Shown here: in pieces, positions 18,806 to 28,154 of the stretch | How the letters are laid out: the number at the start of each line of letters is the position of its first letter | Position numbering within the stretch: position 1 is the first letter of the stretch | Origin: a virus | UHGV virus genome: UHGV-0097760 | DNA: 35,200 nt | Reading direction: 5' to 3' (one strand) | Position numbers and translations under genes: made by a program | The notes under the pieces: model-generated | Told to the model about the DNA's origin: nothing | What the model saw: the letters and a program-made list of their open reading frames with translations, nothing else | Databases searched by the model: none

Positions 18806-19714
18806 ATGCCGATTATCGACCTGAACCAGCTACCTGCACCGGATGTGGTCGAGGAGCTGGACTTTGAAACCATTCTTGCCGAACGCAAGGCGACACTGAT
18901 TTCCCTTTACCCGGAAGACCAGCAGGAGGCGGTCGCCCGTACCCTGACGCTGGAATCTGAGCCTCTCGTCAAACTGCTGGAGGAAAATGCTTATCGTGAG
19001 CTTATCTGGCGTCAGCGTGTGAATGAGGCCGCACGGGCGGTGATGCTGGCCTGTGCCGCGGGTAACGACCTTGATGTGATTGGTGCCAATTACAACACCA
19101 CGCGTCTGACTATCACCCCGGCAGATGATTCGACCATCCCGCCGACACCGGCAGTGATGGAATCTGATACCGATTATCGTCTGCGTATTCAGCAGGCGTT
19201 TGAAGGTTTAAGCGTCGCCGGGTCGGTGGGTGCCTATCAGTATCATGGTCGCAGTGCTGACGGGCGTGTCGCGGATATCTCTGTCACCAGTCCGTCTCCG
19301 GCCTGCGTCACCATCTCTGTGCTGTCACGTGAGAATAACGGTGTCGCATCCGAAGACCTGCTGGCGGTGGTGCGTAACGCCCTGAATGGCGAGGACGTCA
19401 GACCGGTGGCCGACCGCGTGACCGTGCAGTCTGCCGCCATTGTTGAATACCAGATAAACGCCACGCTTTACCTTTACCCTGGTCCCGAAAGTGAACCCAT
19501 CCGCGCGGCCGCCGTGAAAAAACTGGAAGCATACATCACGGCACAGCACCGGCTGGGGCGCGACATCCGTCTGTCTGCCATTTATGCCGCTTTGCATGTG
19601 GAAGGCGTGCAGCGTGTCGAACTGGCTGCACCGCTGGCCGACATCGTGCTCAACAATACGCAGGCGTCTTTCTGTACCGAATACAGCGTCGTGACCGGAG
19701 GCTCGGATGAGTGA
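18806..19714 (+). CDS. J: Baseplate protein J (302 aa)
   Basis: Length and synteny match P2 J. Confidence 0.85.
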   Translation: MPIIDLNQLPAPDVVEELDFETILAERKATLISLYPEDQQEAVARTLTLESEPLVKLLEENAYRELIWRQRVNEAARAVMLACAAGNDLDVIGANYNTTRLTITPADDSTIPPTPAVMESDTDYRLRIQQAFEGLSVAGSVGAYQYHGRSADGRVADISVTSPSPACVTISVLSRENNGVASEDLLAVVRNALNGEDVRPVADRVTVQSAAIVEYQINATLYLYPGPESEPIRAAAVKKLEAYITAQHRLGRDIRLSAIYAALHVEGVQRVELAAPLADIVLNNTQASFCTEYSVVTGGSDE

Positions 19715-20237
19715 TTCGCGACTGCTGCCGACCGGCTCATCACCGCTTGAAGTCGCCGCCGCAAAAGCCTGTGCGGAAATTGAAAAAACGCCGGTCAGTA
19801 TTCGTGAGCTGTGGAACCCGGATACCTGTCCGGCAAATCTGCTGCCGTGGCTGGCGTGGGCGTTTTCGGTCGACAGGTGGGATGAAAAGTGGCCGGAAGC
19901 GACAAAACGCGCCGTTATCCGCGATGCCTATTTCATCCACTGTCATAAAGGCACTATCGGCGCAATCCGGCGTGTGGTGGAGCCGCTCGGCTATCTCATC
20001 AACGTGACGGAGTGGTGGGAAAACAGTGACCCGCCCGGCACCTTCCGGCTCGATATTGGTGTACTGGAAAGTGGCATCACAGAGGCAATGTATCAGGAAA
20101 TGGAACGGCTGATTGCTGATGCCAAACCTGCAAGCCGCCACCTTATTGGCCTGAACATTACCCGGGACATTCCCGGCTATCTGTTCGCCGGTGGTGTGGC
20201 TTACGACGGCGATGTAATTACGGTTTACCCCGGATAA
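19707..20237 (+). CDS. I: Baseplate protein I (176 aa)
   Basis: Length and synteny match P2 I. Confidence 0.85.
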   Translation: MSDSRLLPTGSSPLEVAAAKACAEIEKTPVSIRELWNPDTCPANLLPWLAWAFSVDRWDEKWPEATKRAVIRDAYFIHCHKGTIGAIRRVVEPLGYLINVTEWWENSDPPGTFRLDIGVLESGITEAMYQEMERLIADAKPASRHLIGLNITRDIPGYLFAGGVAYDGDVITVYPG

Positions 20238-20247
20238 GTGAGGAATA

Positions 20248-22338
20248 ATGAGCACAAAATTCAAAACCGTTATCACCACTGCCGGTGCAGCAAAGCTGGC
20301 AGCGGCAACCGCACCGGGAGGGCGGAAGGTCAACATTACCACGATGGCCGTCGGGGATGGCGGTGGTAAATTGCCTGTCCCGGATGCCGGACAGACTGGG
20401 CTTATCCACGAAGTCTGGCGACATACGCTGAACAAAATCAGCCAGGACAAACGAAACAGTAATTATGTTATCGCAGAGATGGTTATTCCGCCGGAGGTGG
20501 GCGGTTTCTGGATGCGTGAGCTTGGCCTGTACGATGATGCGGGAACGTTAATTGCCGTGGCGAACATGGCCGAAAGTTATAAGCCAGCTCTTGCCGAAGG
20601 CTCAGGGCGTTCGCAGACCTGTCGCATGGTCATCATCGTCAGCAGTGTGGCCTCGGTGGAGCTGACCATTGACACCACAACGGTGATGGCGACACAGGAT
20701 TACGTTGATGACAAAATTGCAGAGCACGAACAGTCACGACGTCACCCGGACGCCTCGCTGACCGCAAAAGGTTTTACTCAGTTAAGCAGTGCGACCAACA
20801 GCACGTCTGAAACACTGGCCGCAACGCCGAAAGCGGTAAAGGACGCGTATGACCTTGCTAACGGGAAATATACCGCACAGGACGCCACCACAGCGCGAAA
20901 AGGCCTTGTCCAGCTCAGTAGTGCCACCAACAGCACGTCTGAAACGCTCGCCGCAACACCAAAAGCGGTAAAGGCCGCGTATGACCTTGCTAACGGGAAA
21001 TACACTGCACAGGACGCCACCACAGCGCGAAAAGGTCTTGTCCAGCTCAGTAGCGTCACCAACAGCGATTCTGAAACGCTTGCGGCAACGCCAAAGGCGG
21101 TAAAGGCCGCGTATGACCTTGCTAACGGGAAATACACTGCACAGGATGCCACCACGGCGCGAAAAGGGCTTGTCCAGCTCAGTAGCGCCACTAACAGTGA
21201 TTCTGAAACGCTGGCCGCAACACCAAAAGCGGTGAAGTCTGCCTATGACAATGCTGAAAAACGTCTTCAGAAAGATCAGAACGGTGCGGATATTCCGGGA
21301 AAGGATACCTTCACGAAAAATATCGGTGCCTGTCGTGCTTATAGCGGCGCTTTGAGCACTGAAGCCGGAAACTGGACAACCGCTCAGTTTATTGAATGGC
21401 TGGATTCCCGTGGTGCATTTAATCATCCGTACTGGATGTGCAAAGGCTCCTGGTCATATGCAAATAACAAAATCATTACGGATACCGGATGTGGTGATAT
21501 CCACCTGGCTGGTTGTGTCGTCGAGGTCATGGGAACTAAATCTGCAATCACTATCCGAGTGACCACGCCGACAACATCAAGCGGTGGCGGTACAACCAGC
21601 GCACAATTCACTTACATTAATCATGGGGACGCCTACTCCCCCGGCTGGCGTCGTGACTGGAATCGTCAGGGCGACGCAATGACCGGAACGATTAATCAGG
21701 ACGGCGGAAGCCAGAATACCTATATGTCTACGGCCTTATGTTCAGGCACCAGAGGCGGCAAAAAATATCTCAGAAAGTTTCGTGGTGGAGAAGGAGACAC
21801 TATCTGGCATGAAACAGTACAGGGTGGGGTAGTTCGCTGGGCGACTGGTAATACTGATGCTCAGGAAGAATTATCACTCAGCTCCGCTTATGGTCTCCGT
21901 TCAAGAGGTGAGATTACATCACTCAGTGCCAATGGTCTGCGCATTGCTTATGGCAATTATGGATTCTTTATCAGGAATGATGGTGGTAGCACATATTTAA
22001 TGCTGACGGCCTCTGGCGATAAATTTGGAACATGGAACGGTTTAAGACCGCTGACTATCAATAACGCCAATGGCGGAGTGTCAATGGGGCATGGCCTGAG
22101 TGTTACTGGACGTGTTACCCCATCAGATTACGGAAATTTTGATTCCCGCTATGTGAAAGATGTTCGCCTGGGTACGCGTGTTGTTCAGACCATGCAAAAA
22201 GGCGTGATGTATGAGAAATCAGGCCATGTAATTACAGGGCTTGGCATTGTCGGCGAAGTTGATGGCGATGATCCGGCAGTATTCAGACCTATACAAAAAT
22301 ACATTAATGGCACATGGTATAATGTCGCACAGGTGTAA
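20248..22338 (+). CDS. H: Tail fibre protein H (696 aa) with internal 44-aa tandem repeats
   Basis: Conserved N-terminal tail-fibre region, TPKAVK-containing repeats, divergent lower-GC C-terminus; P2 H position. Confidence 0.9.
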   Translation: MSTKFKTVITTAGAAKLAAATAPGGRKVNITTMAVGDGGGKLPVPDAGQTGLIHEVWRHTLNKISQDKRNSNYVIAEMVIPPEVGGFWMRELGLYDDAGTLIAVANMAESYKPALAEGSGRSQTCRMVIIVSSVASVELTIDTTTVMATQDYVDDKIAEHEQSRRHPDASLTAKGFTQLSSATNSTSETLAATPKAVKDAYDLANGKYTAQDATTARKGLVQLSSATNSTSETLAATPKAVKAAYDLANGKYTAQDATTARKGLVQLSSVTNSDSETLAATPKAVKAAYDLANGKYTAQDATTARKGLVQLSSATNSDSETLAATPKAVKSAYDNAEKRLQKDQNGADIPGKDTFTKNIGACRAYSGALSTEAGNWTTAQFIEWLDSRGAFNHPYWMCKGSWSYANNKIITDTGCGDIHLAGCVVEVMGTKSAITIRVTTPTTSSGGGTTSAQFTYINHGDAYSPGWRRDWNRQGDAMTGTINQDGGSQNTYMSTALCSGTRGGKKYLRKFRGGEGDTIWHETVQGGVVRWATGNTDAQEELSLSSAYGLRSRGEITSLSANGLRIAYGNYGFFIRNDGGSTYLMLTASGDKFGTWNGLRPLTINNANGGVSMGHGLSVTGRVTPSDYGNFDSRYVKDVRLGTRVVQTMQKGVMYEKSGHVITGLGIVGEVDGDDPAVFRPIQKYINGTWYNVAQV
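20767..21250 (+). repeat. Tandem coding repeat, about 3.6 copies of a 132-bp (44-aa) unit within the tail fibre gene
   Basis: Repeated peptide KGLVQLSSATNS(T/D)SETLAATPKAVKAAYDLANGKYTAQDATTAR; unit starts at about 20767, 20899, 21031, 21163. Confidence 0.85.
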
Positions 22339-22341
22339 TTT

Positions 22342-22869
22342 ATGCTGCATTTAAAAAATATTACTGCGGGTAATCCCAAAACTGTTGCCCAATATCAACT
22401 GACAAAAAATTTTGATGTTATCTGGTTATGGTCTGAAGACGGAAAAAACTGGTATGAGGAAGTAAGTAATTTTCAGGAAGACACGATAAAGATTGTTTAC
22501 GACGAGAATAATATAATTGTCGGCATCACCAGAGATGCTTCAACGCTTAACCCTGAAGGTTTTAGCGTTGTCGAGGTTCCTGATATTACCGCCAACCGAC
22601 GTGCGGATGACTCAGGTAAATGGATGTTTAAGGATGGTGCCGTGATTAAGCGGATTTATACGACAGACGAACAGCAGCAACTGGCAGAATCACAAAAGGC
22701 AACTTTACTTTCCGAAGCGGAATCCGTGATTTTGCCGCTGGAGCGCGCTGTCAGGCTGAATATGGCAACAGATGAGGAGCGCAGCCGACTGGAAGCATGG
22801 GAACGCTACAGCGTTCTGGTCAGTCGTGTGGATCCTGCAAATCCTGAATGGCCGGAAATGCCGCAATAA
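22342..22869 (+). CDS. G: Tail fibre assembly chaperone G (175 aa)
   Basis: Length and synteny match P2 G; immediately follows H. Confidence 0.85.
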   Translation: MLHLKNITAGNPKTVAQYQLTKNFDVIWLWSEDGKNWYEEVSNFQEDTIKIVYDENNIIVGITRDASTLNPEGFSVVEVPDITANRRADDSGKWMFKDGAVIKRIYTTDEQQQLAESQKATLLSEAESVILPLERAVRLNMATDEERSRLEAWERYSVLVSRVDPANPEWPEMPQ

Positions 22870-23184
22870 GTTGTATGAGCTTACATACCTATAGCACAGA
22901 GTAAAGCCTAATCTGACAGTCCGCTCTGTGCCAAAAAGGGACGTTGCTAGGAGCATTAACCTTTAGTCGAAATGTGGTGTGAAAAAGAAAAACAGAATAG
23001 TTGTGCCGGACTCAGAATCTTCTGGTCTCGCACATTTACCTTTCTTCAAGTCTATAGGGGAAAGATTTTCAATGACTAATCAATCAGTTTATATAAAACT
23101 CGTGTTTAGATTTTGAGCATTATTTACGATAGGTTTCTCAGGATATTGGCCCCCAGTAAGGGGCCGTCAACCGCTGACTAGCAA

Positions 23185-23778
23185 TTAGTTAATGCGTGTC
23201 AGCTCGTAATGACCTACTGTTTTACGGCTTGTAAAGTAGTTCCCATTTAACACGTCTTTATCATTAAGATTTAGCTTGAGAATAGCTGTGCCCATGTAAG
23301 GATCTTGTGGACCAAAACCTGCCTTATGCTTGGGGGTTGTTAAAAAAACGTAGTAAAGTTCTGGTCGCCCCGTTTCGGTATCCTTTTTAGGCTTAGCCAC
23401 CAATGTCTGAGAATCGGAGTCGTCAGCTTCGACATCCATTCCAATTTTAAGAAAATCCTGCTTTATAGTTGCTTGTGCGTGGGATGTGCCTTTTTTATCT
23501 TCCCATTCCCAATGAATAACCATATCCCAGGTTCCGTTCAAATCAGGGAAGAGTAGGTTATTTAGTTTAGGGAACCATTGCCATAACTTTCGCCACCCAA
23601 AGAAAAAAATTGATATCACAATAGTATTAAGAATAAACAAACCTCCAGATGCAACTGATAGGACTGTCATGAAAGTTGTGTTTTCATCATATATGCCCAA
23701 TAAAATCAGACCGCAGACAGTCGCATAGATAACGGAGATTCTTGAGATTATTTTCCATATTGGGAGAAGGTTTATCAT
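23185..23778 (-). CDS. Two-TM membrane protein with about 135-aa C-terminal soluble domain; candidate membrane-disrupting effector (Cap15 / S-2TMbeta-like architecture)
   Basis: Two hydrophobic helices (about residues 10-30 and 36-62) then a soluble C-terminal domain; ATGA start/stop overlap with upstream gene. Confidence 0.6.
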   Translation of the reverse strand: MINLLPIWKIISRISVIYATVCGLILLGIYDENTTFMTVLSVASGGLFILNTIVISIFFFGWRKLWQWFPKLNNLLFPDLNGTWDMVIHWEWEDKKGTSHAQATIKQDFLKIGMDVEADDSDSQTLVAKPKKDTETGRPELYYVFLTTPKHKAGFGPQDPYMGTAILKLNLNDKDVLNGNYFTSRKTVGHYELTRIN

Positions 23779-24212
23779 TGCAACTCCTCGTAATAAACTT
23801 CTTTACCAGCCTCAAATATAGAAAGACGACCTCTTTCGCCTACAATCCCTGTAAGTTTAATCTCGTCAATGCAAGAGCCATAAAGGGCAGCAACAAAACG
23901 TCCACCGACGAGTCTTGAACTGTCAAAACTGATGTTCTCTATGATTGGTGGTGAGAAATATTGTGCGGTATAAGTAACATTTCCTGCTTCATCTAAGATG
24001 TGAAAGCCATCATGGTATTCGCTATTTTTATTGGAAATTCTTGATAATAATTCTAATGTGGAATCATTCTGTATGGGGTCTATATTCCGAAGACTTGTGA
24101 TGGGAAGGCTATCAGGGTTATTACATATAATAACGCCTATGCCAGAAAAATAAGCACGACTGGATTTTTTCCAAATATCATATAGTAATTTATATAATTT
24201 CTCTTTTGTCAT
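23775..24212 (-). CDS. 145-aa protein with diadenylate-cyclase-like (DAC/DisA_N-like) motif layout; candidate nucleotide signal generator or sensor
   Basis: YHDGFHIL (DGA-like motif) and, 37 residues later, GGRFVAALYGS in the position of the DAC GTRHRAA motif (RHR degenerate to GRF); RBS GGAAG upstream; AT-rich. Confidence 0.5.
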   Translation of the reverse strand: MTKEKLYKLLYDIWKKSSRAYFSGIGVIICNNPDSLPITSLRNIDPIQNDSTLELLSRISNKNSEYHDGFHILDEAGNVTYTAQYFSPPIIENISFDSSRLVGGRFVAALYGSCIDEIKLTGIVGERGRLSIFEAGKEVYYEELQ

Positions 24213-24743
24213 CGTTCATTTCTTCCTGATTTTAGTTATTAACTACAAAAAATCAAACAGTAATATCAATAAAGACGATTATCCAATAATTTTCTTTGCA
24301 ATGGAAGATTTGATAATCAAGTATAAAGATTTGTAGAAACAATGAAATGAGGTTTGACGGCAGGCCTCAGAGCTCGATGCAGTTTTAGCTAACCTCAATA
24401 AAAGGAAGGTGTTCGTTTTTTGCTCAATACTACCCGTCAACTTTGTGCCGCAAGCAGAGGCTGCAAACCTCAGCATATGTAAGTCAATGGGGGATGTTAC
24501 TAATACATTCGACCGAAACACTAAAAATTTCATTACATTTTATTGAGATAGGCATTTGAAATGTTGCAAGAAATGTATAAATAATGTATTTATTCAGAAT
24601 AATCGGGGTTCTGTTCATGGACGAGCCCCAAAAAGCTGATTATACCTAGGCAAGCGTCTGGTTGCTGATAGCTATTATGGCAAAAGAAAGGACTGTTTGT
24701 TGATATAAATGAATAAACATCCGATTTGGTTTAGGGAGTCTGG

Positions 24744-26645
24744 ATGAAGCTAAGAATAAGTAAAATATCATTAAAAAACTTCAAAAGTTTTAAAAATATT
24801 ACTATCGTTCCCAATCCTGATTTTAATATAATCATTGGGGAAAATAGTGCTGGGAAGTCAACTGTTTTTGAAGCTATTCATTTATGGGAGAAATGTTATA
24901 AAACATATATCCTTGCTTCAAGGAAAGGGTTTTATAAAGTTAAGAAGTCAACAAACAGATATGTTAATTATCAAGAGCTGGATTTTTTGCGAATCACAAG
25001 TGATGAGGATCTTTTTCACGACCCAAGAGATCCTAATCTAGGAAAATGCTCTGAAATAACTCTGACATTAAAAAATGAAGAGGAGAATGATAAGAGCTGG
25101 GAGCTTGGATTCAAAGTTACATGCCCAACATCAATCGAAAATGCTTTTTTCCGCGTTCAACCAATAGATGAAAATCAGTTTACTAATTTTGCGGAAGAAT
25201 TTTGTAAAGGAGGGGCATTTTTGGATGAAGCTATCTTTATTTACCAGACGAGACCAGTAGCAGGAGTTCATCAATTTGAGCCGTACTATAATGAGGCTCA
25301 GATTAAGAGAAAAATACAAAAAGGTTATTCACACGAGGTTCTTAGAAACAAAATTATCTCTAAAAGAAAGTCAATATCAGATTTGGAATTAAGCATATCT
25401 GAAATACTTGAGAAAGATGTCAAGTTCAATATTCCTTCGGATGCAAGAAAAAATAAAGATGAATTCATTAAACTTGATGTTTCAATCAATAGTTCAAAAT
25501 ATTATGATCTTCACCTTCAAGGAAGTGGTTTTCTTCAAATTGTGGAAATACTATCTACAGTTGAATTTATTGATGCTCCTCTCAAGTTACTGCTTGTTGA
25601 CGAACCTGACTCACACATCCACACAAAGCTACAACATAATCTTCTCGCCCATTTAAAAAAAATAGATCACAATCAGTTTTTTATTATCAGTCATAACGAT
25701 CAATTTGTGACCAGCGCAGGAGAAGGTGAAGTATTCTTCCTAAACGAAGACGCTAAATTAAGTGGTCACCTAGAAGCAATCAACCCAAATAGTTTCGATA
25801 TTATAAAAAACTCATTGGGGGGGGTAATTTTATCTCTCGAGAGACTTAATAATGCAAAACTAATCGCATTTGTTGAAGGTGAGGACGATGAAAAATATCT
25901 AAAGAAACTTAACCAAAAGATCAAAGAAATTACTAACCCAATTGGTTGTTTGAAAAATGTAGTTTTCTTTCCGTTACGAGGAAAAGATAATATTCTCCAA
26001 AAGGTTGAGTATAATAAGAGAACTTTAAATTCGATTCTAAATGGCAAATCGTGGTATGTTATTTTTGATCGGGATTTTTCTACAGACACTGTTGATCATT
26101 ATCTTAAGGAAAATATTACTAAGAAACGGTTCACTCCATATAGTCATGTGGGGTATTGTATTGAGTCAGTGTTATTTTCGGATCTGAGTATTTTTAAAAA
26201 GTATTTGTATTCCTTGGCTCCATTTATTGCTGAAGACGAATTTTCAACACACATTGATACCTTAATTGATGAATTAAAGGATTCTGTCAATAATTTAACC
26301 TCCTCACTAAACAAAGAAATAGAGGCTAGATTCAATAGTCAAAAGAAAAACCGACCAGAATTTGCTAATCTTAATTTTGTGGATGTCGTTAGATCATGGT
26401 GCGAAGATGGAGTATTCAAACCTGAGCGAGTAATGTCAAAACCTCTTATCCAAAAGTTTGTTACAGATCTGGAAAATAAAATAGGTGTTTCTCTCTTCCT
26501 GCGAGAATCAAATGTAGATGAAGAAGTAGCATCAAAGTTATTATTTAAATACTTTGACTTCATTCAGACAATTGATGATTTGTATCCATCATTTCGAGAC
26601 TTGATGAAACAGCTAGATGTGCTGCCAAGAAATGAAGTTGAATAA
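24744..26645 (+). CDS. OLD-family nuclease: N-terminal ABC-type ATPase plus C-terminal Toprim domain (P2 Old / PARIS AriA-AriB-fusion-like), 633 aa
   Basis: Walker A GENSAGKST, Walker B LLLVDEPDSHIH, H-loop FIISHND; Toprim-like AFVEGEDDEKYL and DxD (VIFDRDFS); RBS GGGAG. Confidence 0.75.
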   Translation: MKLRISKISLKNFKSFKNITIVPNPDFNIIIGENSAGKSTVFEAIHLWEKCYKTYILASRKGFYKVKKSTNRYVNYQELDFLRITSDEDLFHDPRDPNLGKCSEITLTLKNEEENDKSWELGFKVTCPTSIENAFFRVQPIDENQFTNFAEEFCKGGAFLDEAIFIYQTRPVAGVHQFEPYYNEAQIKRKIQKGYSHEVLRNKIISKRKSISDLELSISEILEKDVKFNIPSDARKNKDEFIKLDVSINSSKYYDLHLQGSGFLQIVEILSTVEFIDAPLKLLLVDEPDSHIHTKLQHNLLAHLKKIDHNQFFIISHNDQFVTSAGEGEVFFLNEDAKLSGHLEAINPNSFDIIKNSLGGVILSLERLNNAKLIAFVEGEDDEKYLKKLNQKIKEITNPIGCLKNVVFFPLRGKDNILQKVEYNKRTLNSILNGKSWYVIFDRDFSTDTVDHYLKENITKKRFTPYSHVGYCIESVLFSDLSIFKKYLYSLAPFIAEDEFSTHIDTLIDELKDSVNNLTSSLNKEIEARFNSQKKNRPEFANLNFVDVVRSWCEDGVFKPERVMSKPLIQKFVTDLENKIGVSLFLRESNVDEEVASKLLFKYFDFIQTIDDLYPSFRDLMKQLDVLPRNEVE

Positions 26646-26837
26646 TATTATCGCGTTTCAAAATATAGAACGGTGGGTAAGGTAATGAATGACAAAATAC
26701 ACATTGAATCGCCACGAACCAAGCAATAAGCATATCAACTCAGCCCTTATGGGCTGATGATCTGTTCCTCGCTCAAAGCAAGCTTTCAGATTTGATAACA
26801 AATTGTCAGTTGGAAACTGAGTGAGTACAAATCAAGG

Positions 26838-26866
26838 CAGGCGGGCTGATTGCCCGCCTTTTCTTT
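26838..26866 (+). terminator. Rho-independent terminator-like hairpin (AGGCGGGC-TGATT-GCCCGCCT followed by TTTCTTT)
   Basis: 8-bp GC-rich stem, 5-nt loop, T-rich tail; lies between the cargo gene and the FI late operon. Confidence 0.6.
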
Positions 26867-26963
26867 ATCTGTTGTTTCATCCACTGACCAGTCAGGTCAA
26901 ATAGCGTCTCATGCACTGCCCAACAGAAAATACCACTCACCCATTAACCACGGAGTTAAACGG

Positions 26964-28154
26964 ATGAGTGACTATCATCATGGCGTGCAGGTGCTGGAGA
27001 TTAACGACGGCACCCGCGTCATTTCCACCGTATCCACCGCCATTGTCGGCATGGTCTGCACGGCCAGCGATGCGGATGCGGAAATCTTCCCCCTCAATAA
27101 ACCGGTGCTGATTACCAATGTGCAGAGCGCAATTGCAAAGGCCGGTAAAAAAGGCACGCTGGCGGCGTCGCTGCAGGCCATCGCCGACCAGTCAAAACCG
27201 GTCACCGTTGTTGTGCGCGTGGAAGACGGCACCGGCGACGACGAGGAAACGAAACTTGCGCAGACCGTTTCCAATATCATCGGCACCACCGACGAAAACG
27301 GTCAGTACACCGGACTGAAAGCCCTGCTGGCGGCGGAGTCAGTAACCGGTGTTAAACCGCGTATTCTCGGCGTGCCGGGACTGGACACCAAAGAGGTGGC
27401 TGTTGCATTGGCATCAGTCTGTCAGAAGCTGCGCGCTTTCGGATATATCAGCGCATGGGGCTGTAAGACCATTTCCGAGGTGAAAGCCTACCGCCAGAAT
27501 TTCAGCCAGCGTGAACTGATGGTTATCTGGCCGGATTTCCTCGCATGGGATACGGTCACCAGTACCACCGCCACCGCGTATGCCACCGCCCGTGCGCTGG
27601 GTCTGCGTGCCAAAATCGACCAGGAGCAGGGCTGGCATAAAACGCTGTCCAACGTTGGGGTAAACGGTGTTACCGGCATCAGCGCATCTGTATTCTGGGA
27701 TTTGCAGGAGTCCGGCACCGATGCTGACCTGCTTAACGAGTCAGGCGTCACAACGCTGATTCGCCGTGACGGTTTCCGCTTCTGGGGTAACCGTACCTGC
27801 TCTGATGACCCGCTGTTCCTCTTTGAAAACTACACCCGCACCGCGCAGGTGCTGGCCGACACGATGGCTGAGGCGCATATGTGGGCGGTGGATAAGCCCA
27901 TCACAGCAACGCTGATTCGCGACATCGTTGACGGCATCAATGCCAAATTCCGTGAGCTGAAAACAAACGGCTATATCGTGGATGCGACCTGCTGGTTCAG
28001 CGAAGAATCCAACGATGCGGAAACCCTCAAGGCCGGAAAACTGTATATCGACTACGACTATACACCGGTGCCTCCTCTTGAAAACCTGACCCTGCGCCAG
28101 CGTATTACCGATAAATACCTGGCAAATCTGGTCACTTCGGTTAACAGCAATTAA
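26964..28154 (+). CDS. FI: Tail sheath protein FI (396 aa); start set at ATG 26964
   Basis: 396 aa from MSDYHHGVQV...; length equals P2 FI. Confidence 0.9.
   Translation: MSDYHHGVQVLEINDGTRVISTVSTAIVGMVCTASDADAEIFPLNKPVLITNVQSAIAKAGKKGTLAASLQAIADQSKPVTVVVRVEDGTGDDEETKLAQTVSNIIGTTDENGQYTGLKALLAAESVTGVKPRILGVPGLDTKEVAVALASVCQKLRAFGYISAWGCKTISEVKAYRQNFSQRELMVIWPDFLAWDTVTSTTATAYATARALGLRAKIDQEQGWHKTLSNVGVNGVTGISASVFWDLQESGTDADLLNESGVTTLIRRDGFRFWGNRTCSDDPLFLFENYTRTAQVLADTMAEAHMWAVDKPITATLIRDIVDGINAKFRELKTNGYIVDATCWFSEESNDAETLKAGKLYIDYDYTPVPPLENLTLRQRITDKYLANLVTSVNSN

Noticed and set aside
20767-21250. Possible CRISPR array suggested by regularly spaced repeats
   Set aside because: The repeats are 132 bp, directly tandem with no unique spacers, in frame within a protein-coding gene, and there are no cas genes
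20778-21426. Minus-strand ORFs of 137 and 214 aa within the tail fibre gene
   Set aside because: They are created by the tandem 132-bp repeats in H, are internally repetitive, and lie antisense to a conserved structural gene
23148-23165. Hairpin GGCCCC-CAGTAA-GGGGCC downstream of the 2TM gene as its terminator
   Set aside because: Stable 6-bp GC stem but no adjacent U-tract on the minus strand; terminator function is uncertain so it is not listed as a feature
24279-24533. 84-aa minus-strand ORF in the divergent control region of cargo locus 2
   Set aside because: No convincing RBS, low-complexity translation, and it lies where promoters for both flanking units are expected; kept only as part of the regulatory-region finding
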